Assembly: GCA_030390025.1 (NCBI GenBank)
Contig: CM059431.1
Span: 115,136,001 to 115,200,000, forward strand
Direction of reading: 5' to 3'
DNA length: 64,000 bases
DNA from: Squalus acanthias
Lineage: Eukaryota
Shown here: in pieces, positions 60,262 through 64,000 of the stretch
How the letters are laid out: the number at the start of each line of letters is the position of its first letter
Numbering within the stretch: position 1 is the stretch's first letter
Position numbers and translations under genes: made by a program
The notes under the pieces: model-generated
Told to the model about the DNA's origin: nothing
Databases searched by the model: none
Seen by the model: only the letters and a program-made list of their open reading frames with translations

Positions 60262-60364
60262 AGTTCTGTACTTGTGTGACAGACTCGGGAGATCGATTTC
60301 CTCCTTGTATGAAGCTGGCGGATCCTGTTCTGACAAGGGCTTGGCATGGATTACACTTGCGCAG
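60262..60364 (+). CDS. Candidate coding exon (may instead read on to the stop at 60410)
   Basis: ctgtatttcacag|AGTTCTGT...CGCAG|gtttct (weak donor). In phase 1 it reads (E)FCTCVTDSGDRFPPCMKLADPVLTRAWHGLHLR. GC/CpG-richer than its flanks, in TE-poor DNA. Confidence 0.4.
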
Positions 60365-63257
60365 GTTTCTAAGGAGGGCAGGCAGCGAAGCTTCAGTGGA
60401 AAAAAAATGATTGTCTAAAATGAGTGAAACTTGAAACAGACATACTGCCAATCCTGAAGGGGAAAGCTGTCTTAGTTTGTGGCACTCTCGTGCTATATAA
60501 GATTACCACAGCAACAACAGCAACAAAAAAGGACTTGGTACAGAGTTGCGTTTTGTGCATTAATCTTACAGAAAATAAATAATCATGGAAGGCGTGCACT
60601 TTATTGTGAGTTATGGCATGCCAAGAATTGGACTCAACTTGACATGAAGTGAAGCCATGTGCTAAATTGCACCCAGTTTAGTGAACCCAGTAAGAATGTA
60701 ATTTTGGAGTGACATTTGTTGTGTAAATCCTTCACTCCAGAATTATACGGCAACAAAATCTCACCTCCGGCAAACCACAGACTGCCTACACGCACGGCCC
60801 AGTGTCAGTTCACATTCACTGTGACAGCCTTGGATACGCACTGCTTGTCTCCAACCCTTCTGAAACATCTGTCCTCTGCACCTGGGTGGCTGGGGTTTGA
60901 GGTCCCATCTGCAGTAATATAAATGCTGCGGATCACAGCTTCATTTCTATGATACCCGGAGTTGCCCATTTTGCAGTCACTTTCTTTACCGTTTAACCAC
61001 GAGCTAAAAAGTCTTTTTATGAAATGAAATTTAGAAAAGCATATTTTTATTTTTTCATTTCTAAATCTTCTTCAAATATTGTGATCAGTTGTAAGTAGTG
61101 TGACAACATAATTTGGTCTTAAATGCTGCCAACAATTATGCCAATGCAGTTAATGGATGCTACCAGCTAAATGGAAATGTTTACTTGCAAACTTGTTTCC
61201 AGTGTGTTGTAGATGAAAGAATGAAAGAGCAAATGAGTGCCAGAAATTGCATAAATAAATAGAGCAATGCTCTGTGCATTAAATATTAATGATTTCAAGT
61301 CTGGAGTTTCAGCACTAAACTACAGTTGTTATGCATTTTCTCTCTGATGCACAAAAGCATGTTAGATGGCTACTGGGGACTAACAATCAGAGGACACGCC
61401 AGTGTAATTTCACCTGGACACTTAATCCAGGATTTAGCTCTGAAATTAGTTGACAGACTCCATCACTGAACAGTCAGATTGATTAAATGGTCAGTGATCT
61501 GCGGCCAGGTGCTTATCTGTATGAGTATAAACTCTGTCCATACAATGATCCATATGGAATCTAATTTATGCTGACACTGTGGCTGGGCGGAATGAAGTAC
61601 AATTATATATCATAAATGCAGAACAATCATGTTGTGCAGTTTGCTGTTGCAAGGCACCTCATAACAATAAATTTGGAAAACTCTTTAAGAATTTGCATGC
61701 CGACATCACATATCAAATCCAGCAAGGGCACTTTTGCTAATTAAAGCACATGTTGTTCAAGTGTTTAGAACACAGTTAGTACAATAGTTACACAAGCTAG
61801 TGCAGTAAAAATTCAGCGGGCATTCATCTCATCTTTCGTAGTGTTCTATCTACTTTTGTTATTCCATTAAAAGCTCTTCAACCGGGCGTAGTGATTTAAC
61901 AACTGGGACGCTATAGAATGTGTGAAACACAGCAGGACACATGCATTCTCCATGTGTAACTAGGTATCACCATACTAGCAATTTTCAATACTTGGGGCCC
62001 ACAGAAGAAGCGGCAACTGTGAATTAATTAGCCCCATGTAACAATTACATTCCTTGATTAACATCTCAGTTTTATGAACGACAGGGTCCTACTTGTTCTC
62101 ACTTTCCACCCATTAACATTCACCAGATCAACGGGCGGGTGGGCACAAGGCACCTCTCGTGCAGCCCGACCTGATTGGCGACCTTTTGGTGGCGCTCCTC
62201 AACTTCCATTCATTTCAGAAGAGCGATTCCCATTGGTACCAGTAATGGTGTTGGGAGTAAAAACAATTGGCACAAAGGCTCATGAGAACCTAAATACCGG
62301 GGGAAGCAACAAAATGGGTTAGAAATAGACTAATAACTGTTGAAGTATTTTTTTCTTTTACTGGCCTTTGAACTTTCTTCTGCCCTTTTTCCATGCTCTT
62401 ATGTCTTGTGAACTGGTGGATGCAGAGCAGTAATAGCAGGTAACTCAGTCCCATTGTGCATTTCCAGTATTTTCTATTTTTCTATTTAGCATTTTCATTC
62501 TTTCTATAATTCTGCTGCTACTTTCTTTACTCCTTTGGGGAAAGAGGAACAAAATATGTGAAAGAGCAGAATTACAAGGTAAAATCTGCAGATGCCCAGC
62601 AGCACTGTTCTCTCTTATTGATTTTATAGGATGATAAATCTGTAACTGTGCTCACTCCAGTTACCACTGGCAATAACTCTCAGACTTGCTCCATTTACAC
62701 CTCACAACAGGGTGGGTCGAATAACCGCTTGGGCCTGCCTAATTGGCAAGAGAATTGATAAAGGAGAAATCCGAGGGCAATAAATAGACTATACTTGGTT
62801 CAGGCACTGATATCCCGTAATATAAGACGCCCATCCATCCTGTCCTGTATCTAGCTCTTTGTTTGAGACTCATGCAAGCCATTTTCTTCTTTCTGCCTTT
62901 TGAAGTACCAATTCATATTGTTTTTAAAAATTGTGGAGGAGTTGGTGACCTGTTAATGTGCTCTGCAAGAGGCTCGGGAAAGAGGGGCAAAGTAGGGGTT
63001 TGAGTGGTTATGTGTGGTGGGTGGGAGCTGAATGAGAGACAGTCAGACTATATAACTAGAAAAGGAAAGCTGACCCTAATTGGTCCAGATTGCAGTATCT
63101 TCTTTTAAATCACTATTCTCCCACTGTTTTCCTAGACTTTCTTGAACATATATACACCTTCATTTTCTCTCTCTCTCTCTCTCACACACATACACATATT
63201 TTCTTTTGTTTACAGTGTACAGAAAGAGCAGATTAAGTCTATCTCAAGATATTGGGT

Positions 63258-63530
63258 AAAGAAAGAACTTGCATTTCTATAGCGCCTTTCACAACCTCAG
63301 GACGTCCCAATGAGCTTTACAGCCAATGAAGTACTTTTGAAGTATAGTCACTGTTGTACGATAGGAAACACAGCAGTCAATTTGCACACAGCAAGCTCCC
63401 ACAAACAGCAATGAGGTAATAACCAGATAATCTGTTTTTTTGTGGTGTTGGTTGAGGGATAAATATTGGCCTGGACACCGGGGAGAACTCCCCTGCTCTT
63501 CTTCGAATGGGATCTTTTACGCCCACCTTA
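63258..63530 (-). mobile_element. DeuSINE 3' half
   Basis: Matches 32073-32330. Smaller tail fragments lie at ~3120-3195, 36365-36480 and 57635-57765. Confidence 0.85.
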
Positions 63531-64000
63531 AGCAATCTTCATCATGTATATTCTAAGCTAAGTAGAAATAGTAATTATGTTTGCCACATACGCAAGATAA
63601 AATATAACGTTGGAGAAGATGGCCTGTGACAGAGAGTACTGAATATCAGTAATTATGTCATAGACTTTTCCATTCCTTCCTTAATCTTTCTTCCTATTAG
63701 CTTCTATATACAATTGTTAACTTGGAACATTCATGTCTATGTACAAATTTTCATTGCACACTTATTAATCCCTGAAAAGATCATCAGGACTCTATGGTAT
63801 GGTCACCAAGGAGATGCTCATTTTAAAGGTATTAGAATAGAAATAATCACTTTACTTGCTGCCAGGATTAAAAAGGACTATCAGGGCACCCTTAACTCAG
63901 ACACGTCACATTTTCTTTTAAAAGTATTTTCATGTGTATACATAAGAGACAGGTGATAAATTTTGTGATGCAATACTGCATTCCTATTACACAGTCAGCT

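Overview
Repeat-dense eukaryotic DNA, not prokaryotic. The repeat families (CR1 LINEs, HE1-type V-SINE, SacSINE1-type DeuSINE, Penelope-like elements, many PIF/Harbinger derivatives) point to a cartilaginous fish (shark/ray). The window looks like the inside of very large introns. Most of 1-58 kb is transposon debris: CR1, L2, RTE, Penelope, Gypsy, Harbinger, Tigger/pogo, hAT, SINEs and MITEs, often nested. No complete host gene is visible. Three small + strand segments with splice signals (27555-27615, 58954-58977, 60262-60364) join in frame into an unidentified peptide. The main points of interest are: (i) a 1477-bp solo LTR with a 4-bp TSD and foamy-virus-like layout inside a CR1; (ii) a five-level nested insertion stack at 39.4-47.3 kb whose order can be read from TIRs/TSDs; (iii) decayed minimal hammerhead ribozymes in Penelope-related termini; (iv) Harbinger derivatives that lost the transposase but kept a spliced Myb/SANT gene or promoter/splice-donor cassettes. 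Family assignments come from motif recognition by eye, with no database searches. Boundaries without TSD/TIR support are approximate.
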